A DNA stretch of 64,000 nt from Lysobacterales bacterium (GTDB taxonomy: Bacteria > Pseudomonadota > Gammaproteobacteria > Xanthomonadales > SZUA-36). The stretch lies in assembly GCA_033791845.1 (NCBI GenBank), contig JASJFX010000095.1, positions 21,855 through 85,854 of the forward strand. The letters run 5' to 3'. Below, one piece after another: positions 11,078 to 21,815 of this stretch. Below the pieces are notes generated by a model that did no database searches, was not told the DNA's origin, and was given only the letters and a program-made list of their open reading frames with translations. Made by a program: the position numbers and the translations under genes. The first letter of the stretch is position 1; each line of letters opens with the position of its first letter.

Positions 11078-13279
11078 TTAGCGTGCTGCGAGTGCAAATG
11101 ACTCCACTTCGGTCCGGGCCTGAACGATATCCTTTTCAATTTGCTGCTTGATCTCGGCAAACTGCGGCTCGGCGTGCAGCGATTCAAGACGCGAATCGAT
11201 TTCGAGCAGCCAGACCCCCCTGAAACCGCGCTCATAGGCCATTTGCAGGCTATCGAGAGCCGCCTTTGATTTTCCCCTCAGTGCATAAATACTGGATTCT
11301 GCGTAATAAATATTGGCATCATCCACACCGTTGATCCGGGCCCGGCGAACCGAGCGTTCTGCACTTACCAGTCTTTGCTCCGCAAGCTCGGTATTGCCGG
11401 CGTCATAGTGCAACGCGGATAAAATAGTTGCGTACTTGACCTGTTCAGCATTCCATGACTGATCAGACTCATCGCGGATAGCATTTTCAAATAAACTTCT
11501 TGCCGTAGTGGTATCGCCCGCTAGCAGACTGATCATGCCCTTTTGGAAATAATAGTATTGCTGCAGTTGCTCAGGCAGCCCTTCAATAGAATCTCCATAT
11601 TGTTCACTCAATATGCTTTCGGCCTTTTCAAGCCTGCCTTGTTCAAGTAACAGGAAGAAATAATCGGATTGCAAGCCAAAATTGTTACCGGCGATCTCCA
11701 GTCCATCAAGTAACAGGCCCTCTGCCTTATCGGTCACTCCAATACTCGCCCAGGCATATGCGAGGGTTTGTATGACCACGGGGCTGTCGGGTTCCAGATC
11801 GTAGGACCGGCTGGCATACCGCCAGCCCTGAACCAGGTCACCACTGTTGATCGCATGGCCTGCCATAAATTTCAATAAGGTTGCAGAATCTGGACGCAGG
11901 GAAATCAGGCCTTGTAGTAACTCTTTTCCTGCCTGGTAATTACCCTGCCTGGTCAGGTTGCCGGCAAAATTGATAGCCAGCAGCTCATTCAGCGGATCGA
12001 TCACCATCGCCTGTTGCAAAATCTGACTCTCTTCCGGCAATCTGCCGCTATCGCCCAACAAACCACCAAGCCAGAGATAAGCAGGAATATAGTCATCGTC
12101 CAGCTTGATAGACTGGCGCAATGCGGATTCTGCAGCATCATTTTGTCCAATCTGCCAGCGGGCGAGTCCTAGCGCAGCAAATGCTTCTGCGGACTCCGGA
12201 TCGATTTCCAGTGCCTTTTCTATCATTGGCATGGCTCGCTCAGTGGCTTTCAGATTGGTCAAATTGCCATACATCGATAACAACAACCATGAGTCAGCCA
12301 TTGCTGCATAGGCCGGTGCAAATGCCGGGTCATGCTCCAGCGCCTTGGCAAACAGGGTGATGGCCTGGTGTAACTCATCAGGTGAACGACGCCACCAGTG
12401 TAACCGTCCGGTTCTATACGCTTCAAAAGCTGCCAGATCCCGGGTTCTGGACGCAGGTTTCTGTTCCAGCCCTGCAAATGAATCGACCAGTGCGCTTGCA
12501 ATAGCGCTGGCGACTTCATCCTGGATAGCAAAAACATCATCCAGCTTCCGGTCATACGAGTTTGACCAGATGTGATAACCGTCTTCAACATTGATTAACT
12601 GGGCGGTCAGCCGGATGCGGTCTCCTGACTTTCTTATACTTCCTTCAAGTACCGTGCCGACATTCAACAGACGGCCAATTTCACGAATATCCTTGTCAGG
12701 CTTACGAAAAGCGAACGATGAGGTACGGGCCGCTACGTGCAGACCTTTCACCTTTGCCAGCACATTCAGAATTTCCTCCGCAATACCATCCGAGAAGTAT
12801 CCCTGGCTGCTGTCTTCAGACAAGTCCGCAAATGGTAATACGGCAATGGAGTTCTCCGGTGCAACAAATTCACGCTGTTGCGATGCAAGGGTTTGCAACT
12901 CACCAGGGCCACCATCTGTAAATACATTGGAGTAATAACCGTAAAAACCGTAACCCAGCCCAAACACACCCAGCATCATCAGGCTGAACAGCAGGGCGTT
13001 TTGTGCACGTGTCAGGAGACTGACCGTTTGCGTTTTCTTGACACCATCAGGTGTAACATCGAAATGCCAGGCGAGGATGAATACCAGCGGGAAACCCAGG
13101 ATCAAGAAAATTACCAGGAGAGTTGGCAACCAGTCCGGAAGCCGTAGCGGCTCCACTGCCGCGTCCATTAACTGCAGCACAACAAATACCGCCACTGCGT
13201 AAGCACCCACAGTGCGCAATACTTTTCGACGGTTAAGTTCCGTCAGCACTGCAGACAAAAATGATTGACCCTGTTTCAT
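11078..13279 (-). CDS. Membrane-anchored TPR-repeat protein with a TolB-N-like periplasmic module
   Basis: N-terminus NRRKVLRTVGAYAVAVFVVLQL plus a second TM. It is followed by IAVLPFADLSEDSSQGYFSDGIAEEI and then roughly 450 aa of TPR-like repeats. Confidence 0.65.
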   Translation of the reverse strand: MKQGQSFLSAVLTELNRRKVLRTVGAYAVAVFVVLQLMDAAVEPLRLPDWLPTLLVIFLILGFPLVFILAWHFDVTPDGVKKTQTVSLLTRAQNALLFSLMMLGVFGLGYGFYGYYSNVFTDGGPGELQTLASQQREFVAPENSIAVLPFADLSEDSSQGYFSDGIAEEILNVLAKVKGLHVAARTSSFAFRKPDKDIREIGRLLNVGTVLEGSIRKSGDRIRLTAQLINVEDGYHIWSNSYDRKLDDVFAIQDEVASAIASALVDSFAGLEQKPASRTRDLAAFEAYRTGRLHWWRRSPDELHQAITLFAKALEHDPAFAPAYAAMADSWLLLSMYGNLTNLKATERAMPMIEKALEIDPESAEAFAALGLARWQIGQNDAAESALRQSIKLDDDYIPAYLWLGGLLGDSGRLPEESQILQQAMVIDPLNELLAINFAGNLTRQGNYQAGKELLQGLISLRPDSATLLKFMAGHAINSGDLVQGWRYASRSYDLEPDSPVVIQTLAYAWASIGVTDKAEGLLLDGLEIAGNNFGLQSDYFFLLLEQGRLEKAESILSEQYGDSIEGLPEQLQQYYYFQKGMISLLAGDTTTARSLFENAIRDESDQSWNAEQVKYATILSALHYDAGNTELAEQRLVSAERSVRRARINGVDDANIYYAESSIYALRGKSKAALDSLQMAYERGFRGVWLLEIDSRLESLHAEPQFAEIKQQIEKDIVQARTEVESFALAAR

Positions 13280-13305
13280 ATTTCCTTCAAGTCTTCTTCG
13301 TACTA

Positions 13306-14178
13306 TCAGTCTATGCCGCGTTTCAGTCGAATCAGCCCGGAGATATCATGATCCCCGTCACCCAGCGCCACCAACTCCCGATAATCCTTGATTGCAGCTT
13401 CCGTTGTCGGCATAGAGATATCCAATTCCCGTGCCAAGTCCTGGCAAATCAGCAAGTCCTTGAGTAACAGCGACAGTTTAAATCCAACATCAAAACTATC
13501 ATCCAGCATGGTTTCTCCACGATGTTCCAGAAACCAGCTTCCGGCTGCTCCTGCCCTCACTATAGATAATAGACGCTCCGAAGGCAGATTTAGTTTCTCT
13601 CCAAGTGCAAGTGCTTCACAAACCGCCTCGGCGATACCGGCGATCATGACCTGGTTTACGGCCTTTGTAGCCTGTCCGGAACCCACCGGACCCATATGTG
13701 TAACCGTTGCTGAAATAGTCTCCAACACTGGCATAATCCGCGAAATAGTGGCGGAATCACCACCTGCCATAACAGATAAAGTGCCTTTTTTTGCGCCCTC
13801 GACACCGCCTGAAACAGGGGCATCCACAAACCCGGCGCCTGCATCCTGCAGGCTGGAAGCCACCCTGTTGGCGGTTGCCGGACTCACGGTTGATGTATCC
13901 ACCAACACTGAACCGGGGCTGACGCCCGGTAGCAACTGCTCAACGACATCCAATAAATCCTGATCGGCGGAAACACAGGTCAGAATAACGTTACAGACAC
14001 TCGCCAACTGCTCCGGATTTTCGGCCGCGCGCGCACCGGTTTCCTTTGAAAGTGCTTCGGCTGTGCTGCTTGTGCGGTTCCACACCATGTTTAATAAACC
14101 GGCATTTGCAAGATGCCTGGCCATTGGCGCACCCATCGCGCCCAAACCAATGACGCCTGCCCTGGTCTTCTTATCCAT
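13306..14178 (-). CDS. NAD(P)-dependent oxidoreductase, 3-hydroxyisobutyrate dehydrogenase/beta-hydroxyacid dehydrogenase family
   Basis: Rossmann motif GVIGLGAMGAPMARHL. The length (290 aa) and central SGG...GTL pattern are typical of the family. Confidence 0.75.
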   Translation of the reverse strand: MDKKTRAGVIGLGAMGAPMARHLANAGLLNMVWNRTSSTAEALSKETGARAAENPEQLASVCNVILTCVSADQDLLDVVEQLLPGVSPGSVLVDTSTVSPATANRVASSLQDAGAGFVDAPVSGGVEGAKKGTLSVMAGGDSATISRIMPVLETISATVTHMGPVGSGQATKAVNQVMIAGIAEAVCEALALGEKLNLPSERLLSIVRAGAAGSWFLEHRGETMLDDSFDVGFKLSLLLKDLLICQDLARELDISMPTTEAAIKDYRELVALGDGDHDISGLIRLKRGID

Positions 14179-14183
14179 AATAC

Positions 14184-14603
<420 letters not shown>

Positions 14604-14831
14604 TTACCGGCTTTAAACGGCAATTACCGATTGCAACACTGTAATTTGTGACCACAGATTTTTGCAGACTGACGATCAACGAATGCCTCAAAACGACAGG
14701 GCGAGCCAAATTGAAGTCCAATTGCCTACAAACATTGCAGACCCTGACCAAAGCGCCCGTCCACCCCCGGTGCAAAAATCAGGAAATTGAATCAGGCGCC
14801 GTTCAAATCATGATCGGACCGGGAGGGGGTT

Positions 14832-16343
14832 GTGGGATTATCACTGGTACACAGTCGCGGTTGCGCGGGTGTAGAAGCACCGCTGATCAGGGTGGAGGTT
14901 CACCTCTCTGGTGGTTTGCCAAGTATGCATCTGGTCGGTCTTCCGGAAACTGCCGTCAGGGAATCCAAAGACCGGGTCCGGGCTGCGTTGATTAACTCCG
15001 GCTTCAAGTGGCCTCAAAGCAGGATTACTGTTTCCCTTGCCCCGGCCGACCTGCCAAAGGAGGGTGGTGGCTTCGACCTGCCGATCGCCCTGGGCATACT
15101 TGCTGCCTCTCAACAGATACCGGGTACACGCTTTGATGATTGTGAGTTTCTTGGTGAGTTATCACTCAATGGTGAATTGCGATCGGTCAGAGGTGTTCTT
15201 CCGGCAGCCATACGGTCGCGTGACAGCAATAGAGCTCTCATCGTTCCAGACTGTAATTCGGCCGAAGCAGCCCTGGTAAAAGGCGGTGAGAAGTATTGCG
15301 GAGCGACATTGCTTGAGATCGCCAACTGGATCAAGGGTGGCCAAATACTGGAACCATGCGTGCCTCAATCAAGCGACAAGCCTCCCAAACTGCCTGATCT
15401 TTGCGACGTCATCGGACTACCGGGTCCAAAGCGTGCGCTGGAGGTGGCCGCAGCTGGCAGCCATCATCTGCTGATGGCCGGCCCACCGGGAACCGGAAAA
15501 ACACTACTGGCATCGAGATTGCCCGGGATCTTACCGCCTATGACAGAGTCTGAATCACTCGAAGTCGCAGCCCTGGCGTCGGTCAGCCACATGGGTCTGG
15601 ATCATCGTCTGTGGGGTATCCGTCCGTTCAGAACACCACACCATTCCTGCAGCAGTGTTGCCCTGGCAGGAGGCGGGTCGCGTCCCAGGCCGGGAGAAAT
15701 TTCGCTGGCACACAATGGTGTGCTGTTTCTGGACGAGCTTCCGGAGTACGGCCGGCATACGCTTGAAATTTTGCGTGAGCCGATCGAATCCGGTCGCATT
15801 GTCATTTCGAGAGCAGCGAGGCAGGCCACTTTTCCGGCCCGTTTTCAGCTGATTACGGCCATGAACCCCTGCCCCTGCGGTATGTCGGGTGACGATAGTG
15901 GCCGATGTCATTGCAGTGGTGAACAGATTCAGCGCTACCGCAACAGGATCTCAGGGCCGCTGCTGGACAGGATAGATATCCAGGTTGAAGTGCTGCGCCC
16001 CCAAACCTCTATTTTAAGCACGCCAACTGACGGCACCGAAAACTCGGCAAGCGTGCGTGAGCGTGTTATCGAATCGCGACAAATACAACATCAACGTGCC
16101 GGTAAACCCAATGCATTACTGACCAATGCCGACCTCGCCAGGTTCTGCCACGTTGAAGGTGAAACACTTCAGTTGCTTGAACACGCCGCAGCACAACTAT
16201 ACCTGTCACCGCGAGCCTGCCACCGCATACTCAAGGTGTCACGTACCGTTGCAGACCTGGATCACGCTGCGGATATTGGCTCAAGGCATATTGCAGAAGG
16301 CATTGCCTTCAGGCGGTTAAGCGGCGCTATGAATACTTGTTAA
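14832..16343 (+). CDS. comM: YifB/ComM family Mg-chelatase-like ATPase (GTG start)
   Basis: N-terminal Lon-like domain (VEVHLSGGLPSMHLVGLPETAVRESKDRV), Walker A GPPGTGKT, and VLFLDELPE. Confidence 0.9.
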   Translation: MGLSLVHSRGCAGVEAPLIRVEVHLSGGLPSMHLVGLPETAVRESKDRVRAALINSGFKWPQSRITVSLAPADLPKEGGGFDLPIALGILAASQQIPGTRFDDCEFLGELSLNGELRSVRGVLPAAIRSRDSNRALIVPDCNSAEAALVKGGEKYCGATLLEIANWIKGGQILEPCVPQSSDKPPKLPDLCDVIGLPGPKRALEVAAAGSHHLLMAGPPGTGKTLLASRLPGILPPMTESESLEVAALASVSHMGLDHRLWGIRPFRTPHHSCSSVALAGGGSRPRPGEISLAHNGVLFLDELPEYGRHTLEILREPIESGRIVISRAARQATFPARFQLITAMNPCPCGMSGDDSGRCHCSGEQIQRYRNRISGPLLDRIDIQVEVLRPQTSILSTPTDGTENSASVRERVIESRQIQHQRAGKPNALLTNADLARFCHVEGETLQLLEHAAAQLYLSPRACHRILKVSRTVADLDHAADIGSRHIAEGIAFRRLSGAMNTC

Positions 16344-16381
16344 AACAACGGGTAAAAGAAGCGGTAGAAGACTCCTGTTTA

Positions 16382-16406
16382 AAGCACCGGACAGATTGTC
16401 CGGTGC
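16382..16406. terminator. Bidirectional hairpin between the convergent comM and giant adhesin genes
   Basis: Perfect 11-bp stem AGCACCGGACA-GAT-TGTCCGGTGCT with T/A-rich flanks. Confidence 0.55.
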
Positions 16407-16424
16407 TTTCATGGCTTGAGGCCG

Positions 16425-19400
16425 CTAGGTCCGGCGACGTATTAATCGCATACCAAAGCCGGCGATCAGAAGTGTCATCAACAGCAACATCCACCCGGAC
16501 AAGGTTGGAATGGCGACGGATACGGGCAAGACCGCAGTACTGTCTTCGCCAAAGTTATTGTCTTCAAGCGGATTCGTCTCATTACCGGCAACCGTTGCTA
16601 TGTTATTAATAATTCCGGCCTCACTCATCACCACCAATGCAACGAAGGTCAGGTCGATGGAACTACCGTTACTCAATGGTCCGAACGGACAGGTGACAAC
16701 ACCCGCCACTTCGGTACATCCTGACACGGATGACACGAACTCCAGGCCGGCAGGCAGAACATCAGTAACTGTTCCACCACTTGAATCGGAAGGCCCTTGA
16801 TTGGTTACCGTCAGGGTGTAAGTCAGGTTTTCCCCGAAAACTACTGAATCCACACCACTGGTCTTGGTAATCGACAGACCGGCTTCGGGTGTCAGTTCCG
16901 TGTCATCGTCGGTTGCGCTGTTATTGCCGCTGTTGTTGTCAACTTCGATCGAGCTCTTGCTAACACTGTTAGTCGCGCTGTTACTGCCGTTGTCTTTGGC
17001 CATTTGCCGGGTAAGCACTGGTCCCGAAACAACGGCAGTGTTGGATAGCGTGCCCGTGGCGGCCGGATCAATATCACAAAGGACCGTATAGGTCACCGAA
17101 CTGGCAACCGGCATCGATAAGGTCTCGGCCAGGTTACCCACACCAGCCGCCGTATTACCGGTGGCGCCACCGGCAGCCACGCTGGTATAGGTGCAGCTCA
17201 GCTCCGCCGGCAGGACATCTGTCAGCGCTACCGAGTTGTCATCACTCGGACCGGCATTGCTGGCGACAATCGTGTACGCCAGTGTTTCTCCCGGTATGGC
17301 CTGGGTTACACCATCCGTCTTGGTCACAGAAAGATCGGCCTCGGGGGTGAGCACCGTATCGGCATCGGTAGCACTATCGTTACCGGCATTGTTATCAGTC
17401 ACTGATGCGGACACCGTTGCCGTATTGGAAAGCGTCCCGGTAGCATCTGAATCGATCGTACAACTGGCCGTGAAAGTCACCGAACTGCCAGCCGGCATCG
17501 ATAAGGTCTCGGCCAGGTTACCCGCACCCACCGCCGTATTACCGGTGGCACCACCAGCAGCTACGCTGGTATAGGCGCAGGTCAGATCAGCCGGGAAGAT
17601 ATCGGCCAATGAAACCGAGGGATCAGCACTCGGACCGGTATTGCTGGCCACGATGGTATAGGTCAATGACCCACCGGGAACCGCGCTGGTGACCCCATCA
17701 TCCTTGCTTACGGAAAGATCAGCCTCTGATGTGAGCACCGTATCAGCGTCGGTGGCACTATTATTAGCGCTGTTGTTATCGGGTATCGACGTGACAACCG
17801 TCGCCGTATTGGAAAGCGTCCCGGCAGCATCTGAATCGATCGTACAACTGGCCGTGTAAGTCACCGAACTGCCAGCCGGCATCGATAAAGTCTCGGTCAG
17901 GTTACCCGCACCTGCCGCCGTATTACCGGTAGCACCACCAGCGGCCACGCTGGTATGGGTACAAATCAGGACTGCCGGGAAGGTATCGGTCAATGTAACC
18001 GAGGGATCAGCACTCGGACCGGCATTGCTGGCCACGATGGTATAGGTCAATGACCCACCGGGAGCCGCGCTGGTTACACCGTCATCCTTGGTTACTGAAA
18101 CATCAACTTCCGGGAGTATGGTTATCGTATCTGTCGCCGTCCCGCTGTTGCCCGAACTGGAGGTCAAGTCTTCCGTCACATTAACATGCATACCTTCAGC
18201 TGCACCTGTTACACCAAACTGAACCGTGCAAGTTGCACCTGCACCTACCGAACCGCCGCTATAAGTGAAGGACACCGCCCCGGCCACGGCATTGCCCATT
18301 CCGCCGCAAGTGCTGGAAGCATTGGTTGGATTGGCAATCACAATGCCGGCAGGTAAATTGTCCGTGAAGGACAGGTTGCTCGCAGCCACTGCCGAGGCAC
18401 TATTATCAACAGTAAACGTGAGTGTGCTAACGCCGGAAAAAACCATAGAATCGGGCGTAAAGAGCTTGGCAAATGTCGGTGGCGGCTCAATCGTCAGGTC
18501 AGCGGTCGCTGGTTCGGCCACTTCGAGGCCACCCTGAAAGAGGTCCGAGGTCATATTGGGGAAAGTGCCCGCCGTTGCGCTCGCTGGCACCATGACTTCA
18601 ACATCAAATGAACAGGTACCGCCACTGGGTGGCAACTCACCACCTTCAAATGTCAGCATCGAGATTCCTGTTATTGAAGATCCGGGGCCGCATGGCACCG
18701 CTGGCAAGCTGGTTGCGATCAAACCGGGTATGACATTGCCAAGGTCATCCTCAAATCTCAGATCGGTGGCAGTACTGGCACCCGGGTTGGTAATTGTAAA
18801 TGTCAGTAAGGCGGCGCCGGTGGCGGTCGTCGGACCGTCAAATGACTTGCTGAACAGTAGTAAGTCAATCACTTGCAGCTCATCGCTGACGGCATCACCC
18901 GTGACCGCGAAACCGCCAATGGTGCCGGTTACGCCACTGGTGGTATTGGTGTAAATACCACCTGAGGCCGCGACCGGAACAGAAAGAGAAACCCGGAGAG
19001 TACAAGAGGCTGCCCCGGCCAGGGAAACACCGGATACGGTGATCATATCGGTACCGGTTCCGCCAACGGTACCACCACAATCGTCAAGTAGCACTGAATC
19101 GAAAGTCAGTCCTGTGAGTGCGGCACCGAGATTGTCAGTGAATCCAATCAATGATGCAGCTTCCACGGCTTCAAGATTGGTGAGGATGAATTCAAGGGTT
19201 ACGCTATCGCCGGGTGCTACCGGATCGTCGGTAAACGCCTTGGTCAATTGCAAAAGGTTGCTATTGACAACAAGAAGATCGGTTGCGGGATCTGCCGTAA
19301 CAGCACCACCCTGATCTGCCGAGAGAACACTGGTAACGTTCCGGTACTCTCCATCCGCTGAACCAGGTGGCACCAGCACCTCTACCTCAATGGTACAACT

Positions 19401-21815
19401 CGCTCCGGACAACACACTGCCGCCGACATAGAGTAACGATGTAGTACCAGAAAGCGTCCCTCCGCAGGTATTTAAACCAGGCGCACCAGTTGCAGTAAGG
19501 CCCGCCAATGCTGCAGTCAGGTTATCCGTAAAAACCGTGATTGTTGCGTCATCGGTCGGGTGAATGTTGTCTATGGTGAATTTAAGTGTGCTGGTCTCAC
19601 CCGCGATCACCGGGTTGTTGAGAAACTCTTTTGTAAACACAAGCCCGGTGACATCAAGGTCATCACTGGCTGCAAGCGAGGTGACTGCAAGTCCTCCCAC
19701 GGTCGCAAAAACGCCGGTGGTCGTGTTGGTATACGACCCAGACGCCGCACCAGCCGGCACATCGAGGGTCACGCTGAAAGTACAGCTTTCCCCGGGCGAC
19801 AGTGTTCCATCCACAAAGCCAAACAGTGTGTCTCCTGATGAACCGCTCAGTGTGCCGGTACCCGGATCACCACCCGGCCCATCCGGGTCACACACTTGCG
19901 CAAGCGGCAGACCGGTTGCTGTCAGACCGGCCAAAACCGGGGCAAGATCGTCTGTGAAGATAATGCCCGTGGCATCGCCACTGGCATCCGCCGGGTAGGT
20001 GAGTGAGAATTCCAGGGTAACCGTGGAGCCGGGGCCGACAGGATCGTCTGTGAATGCCTTGGCCAGGGTCGGCGCGCCAACCACCGTCAGGGTGTCGCTG
20101 GCCGGCTTGCCGGTGTATGTCGTGCTACCAACGGTAGCGGTCGGTTGCTCGGTGGTGTTGGTATAGATACCGGGTGGAAAGCCGGCAGGAATCGTCAGCG
20201 TGACGTCGAATGTGCACGAATCACCCACCATGCCGGCTGCGGCCAGACTGCCGCCGGTTAGTTCCAGGCCCTCGCGGTCAGTCCCGACAGAGACCAGTGC
20301 CAGCGATGAGCCGGCCCCACAGGGAGGATCCGGAACCGGTGGCAGGACCACGGTCACCGGGAAGGGCAGAAAGCCCGACGTTGGATCCGGGGGAAAGCCG
20401 CCACTGCCGTCGGTCAATTCATCAACAAATTCGACCTCGGTCGCGTCCGTGGCACCGGTGTTGGTGACGGTGAAGCGCAGAACCACGCCCGCACTCATTG
20501 CACCGGGATCGACCACCGGGTCGGGGGCAAGGGTACCGGCATCGAGGAACTCTTTGGTCAAAACGGGTGCGGGTTCGGCGAAAAGATCATCCGATGCCAT
20601 ATTACCGACAACCGGTGAGCCATCAACGGTTGCGGTTATTGCATCTGTGGTATTGGTATAAATACCGGGTATGGTGCCCGAGGGAACTGTCAGGCTGGCC
20701 TGAATGACGCAAAACGTCGCTGGCCCAAGCGTACCACTGGAAAATCCGATCACGCTGGTAGCGTTACCCGTAACAACTCCCCCACAGTCATTCGACAACA
20801 CGCTGTCAAAAATCAGCCCTGCTGGAAGGCTGTCATTAAAGGCGATGCCAGTAGCAGGAAAACTGCGATCGTAGTTATCTATGACGAACTCAAGCGTGAC
20901 GGTTCCACCTGGCGGTGTCGGGTCATCAGTAAACGATTTCTGGATGGCGATAGGGGTGACGGTGACATCAAGGGTAGCACTTGCCCTACCGGCGGAGACA
21001 AAATCTGCAAGCAGATCACCCGACACGTTATCAAGGCTGCCAACGCCGGTGGCAACGACATCAACTTCTGCGGTGCAGGTTGCGCCAGCCGGAAGCACCT
21101 CAAAACCCGCAATAAAAGTATTCCCATCGGCGTTGAGAATGATGGTGCTGGTCCCGGGATCGGCTGTGAGTGTCGTATTCGGAGCTCCGGCACTGATGCA
21201 ATCAGTGGATGCGTTGCTCGGGCTTGCGATCGCCATCCCTACCGGCAGATTATCGTTGAAGTCCAGATTTCCCACTCCCGCGGAATTGAGTGCATTGTCC
21301 ATCGTGAAGGTCAAGGTGCTACGGCCACCGAGTGGCACTGCGCCGGGCGCGAAACTCTTGCTGAATCCTGGAAGTGCGGGATTTACCGTGAGATCAATAG
21401 GCAAGCTCATACTGCTGCCGGCACTCGAAGTCAGGGTAATTGCAGGGTTGGTGTGGACGCCAGCGGTACTGGCGGTCACATCAACAGTGACGGTGCAGGA
21501 TTGTGATCCGCCGATAGTCGCGTCACTTAAAGTAATGGTGCTGCCGCCATCGGGAGCGGACAATGATCCAGTGAGGCTCAGGGGACAATCCGTAGAGGCA
21601 CTTGAAGGATCGGCGATTGTCACAGCAGCCGGTAAAGTGTCCGTAAACGCGAGACTGGTCACCGGTGAAGCTGAACCATTTGTAATGGTGAAGGTAGCTG
21701 TGCTGACACTGCCCGAACCAATGGTGGCGGGTAAAAACACCTTCGATATTGTTGGCTGTCCAAAGACATTTGAGGCAAAAAATATTGAGAAAAACGCAAC
21801 AAGTATGTGTTTCAA
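16425..21815 (-). CDS. Giant secreted/surface repeat protein (DUF11-type Ig-like repeats) with a C-terminal IPTL-CTERM sorting signal
   Basis: Signal peptide MKHILVAFFSIFFASNVFG, followed by about 11 divergent ~130-aa repeats (FT[IV]xN...TC[TS][VF]xV). Next come 4 DUF11-like repeats (LS[VI]TK.DG...L.YTI...N.GPS). The C-terminus IPTLSGWMLLLMTLLIAGFGMRLIRRRT has IPTL encoded at 16500-16511. Confidence 0.85.
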   Translation of the reverse strand: MKHILVAFFSIFFASNVFGQPTISKVFLPATIGSGSVSTATFTITNGSASPVTSLAFTDTLPAAVTIADPSSASTDCPLSLTGSLSAPDGGSTITLSDATIGGSQSCTVTVDVTASTAGVHTNPAITLTSSAGSSMSLPIDLTVNPALPGFSKSFAPGAVPLGGRSTLTFTMDNALNSAGVGNLDFNDNLPVGMAIASPSNASTDCISAGAPNTTLTADPGTSTIILNADGNTFIAGFEVLPAGATCTAEVDVVATGVGSLDNVSGDLLADFVSAGRASATLDVTVTPIAIQKSFTDDPTPPGGTVTLEFVIDNYDRSFPATGIAFNDSLPAGLIFDSVLSNDCGGVVTGNATSVIGFSSGTLGPATFCVIQASLTVPSGTIPGIYTNTTDAITATVDGSPVVGNMASDDLFAEPAPVLTKEFLDAGTLAPDPVVDPGAMSAGVVLRFTVTNTGATDATEVEFVDELTDGSGGFPPDPTSGFLPFPVTVVLPPVPDPPCGAGSSLALVSVGTDREGLELTGGSLAAAGMVGDSCTFDVTLTIPAGFPPGIYTNTTEQPTATVGSTTYTGKPASDTLTVVGAPTLAKAFTDDPVGPGSTVTLEFSLTYPADASGDATGIIFTDDLAPVLAGLTATGLPLAQVCDPDGPGGDPGTGTLSGSSGDTLFGFVDGTLSPGESCTFSVTLDVPAGAASGSYTNTTTGVFATVGGLAVTSLAASDDLDVTGLVFTKEFLNNPVIAGETSTLKFTIDNIHPTDDATITVFTDNLTAALAGLTATGAPGLNTCGGTLSGTTSLLYVGGSVLSGASCTIEVEVLVPPGSADGEYRNVTSVLSADQGGAVTADPATDLLVVNSNLLQLTKAFTDDPVAPGDSVTLEFILTNLEAVEAASLIGFTDNLGAALTGLTFDSVLLDDCGGTVGGTGTDMITVSGVSLAGAASCTLRVSLSVPVAASGGIYTNTTSGVTGTIGGFAVTGDAVSDELQVIDLLLFSKSFDGPTTATGAALLTFTITNPGASTATDLRFEDDLGNVIPGLIATSLPAVPCGPGSSITGISMLTFEGGELPPSGGTCSFDVEVMVPASATAGTFPNMTSDLFQGGLEVAEPATADLTIEPPPTFAKLFTPDSMVFSGVSTLTFTVDNSASAVAASNLSFTDNLPAGIVIANPTNASSTCGGMGNAVAGAVSFTYSGGSVGAGATCTVQFGVTGAAEGMHVNVTEDLTSSSGNSGTATDTITILPEVDVSVTKDDGVTSAAPGGSLTYTIVASNAGPSADPSVTLTDTFPAVLICTHTSVAAGGATGNTAAGAGNLTETLSMPAGSSVTYTASCTIDSDAAGTLSNTATVVTSIPDNNSANNSATDADTVLTSEADLSVSKDDGVTSAVPGGSLTYTIVASNTGPSADPSVSLADIFPADLTCAYTSVAAGGATGNTAVGAGNLAETLSMPAGSSVTFTASCTIDSDATGTLSNTATVSASVTDNNAGNDSATDADTVLTPEADLSVTKTDGVTQAIPGETLAYTIVASNAGPSDDNSVALTDVLPAELSCTYTSVAAGGATGNTAAGVGNLAETLSMPVASSVTYTVLCDIDPAATGTLSNTAVVSGPVLTRQMAKDNGSNSATNSVSKSSIEVDNNSGNNSATDDDTELTPEAGLSITKTSGVDSVVFGENLTYTLTVTNQGPSDSSGGTVTDVLPAGLEFVSSVSGCTEVAGVVTCPFGPLSNGSSIDLTFVALVVMSEAGIINNIATVAGNETNPLEDNNFGEDSTAVLPVSVAIPTLSGWMLLLMTLLIAGFGMRLIRRRT
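16890..18109 (-). repeat. Three tandem, highly similar 381-bp (127-aa) coding repeats inside the giant gene; the third carries a ~76-bp expansion
   Basis: Repeat starts (E[VA]D[VL]SV[TS]K) fall at about 18109, 17728 and 17347, and the next, divergent copy at about 16890. Long identical DNA strings recur, e.g. ccggcatcgataaggtctcggccaggttaccc at about 17108 and 17489. Confidence 0.8.
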
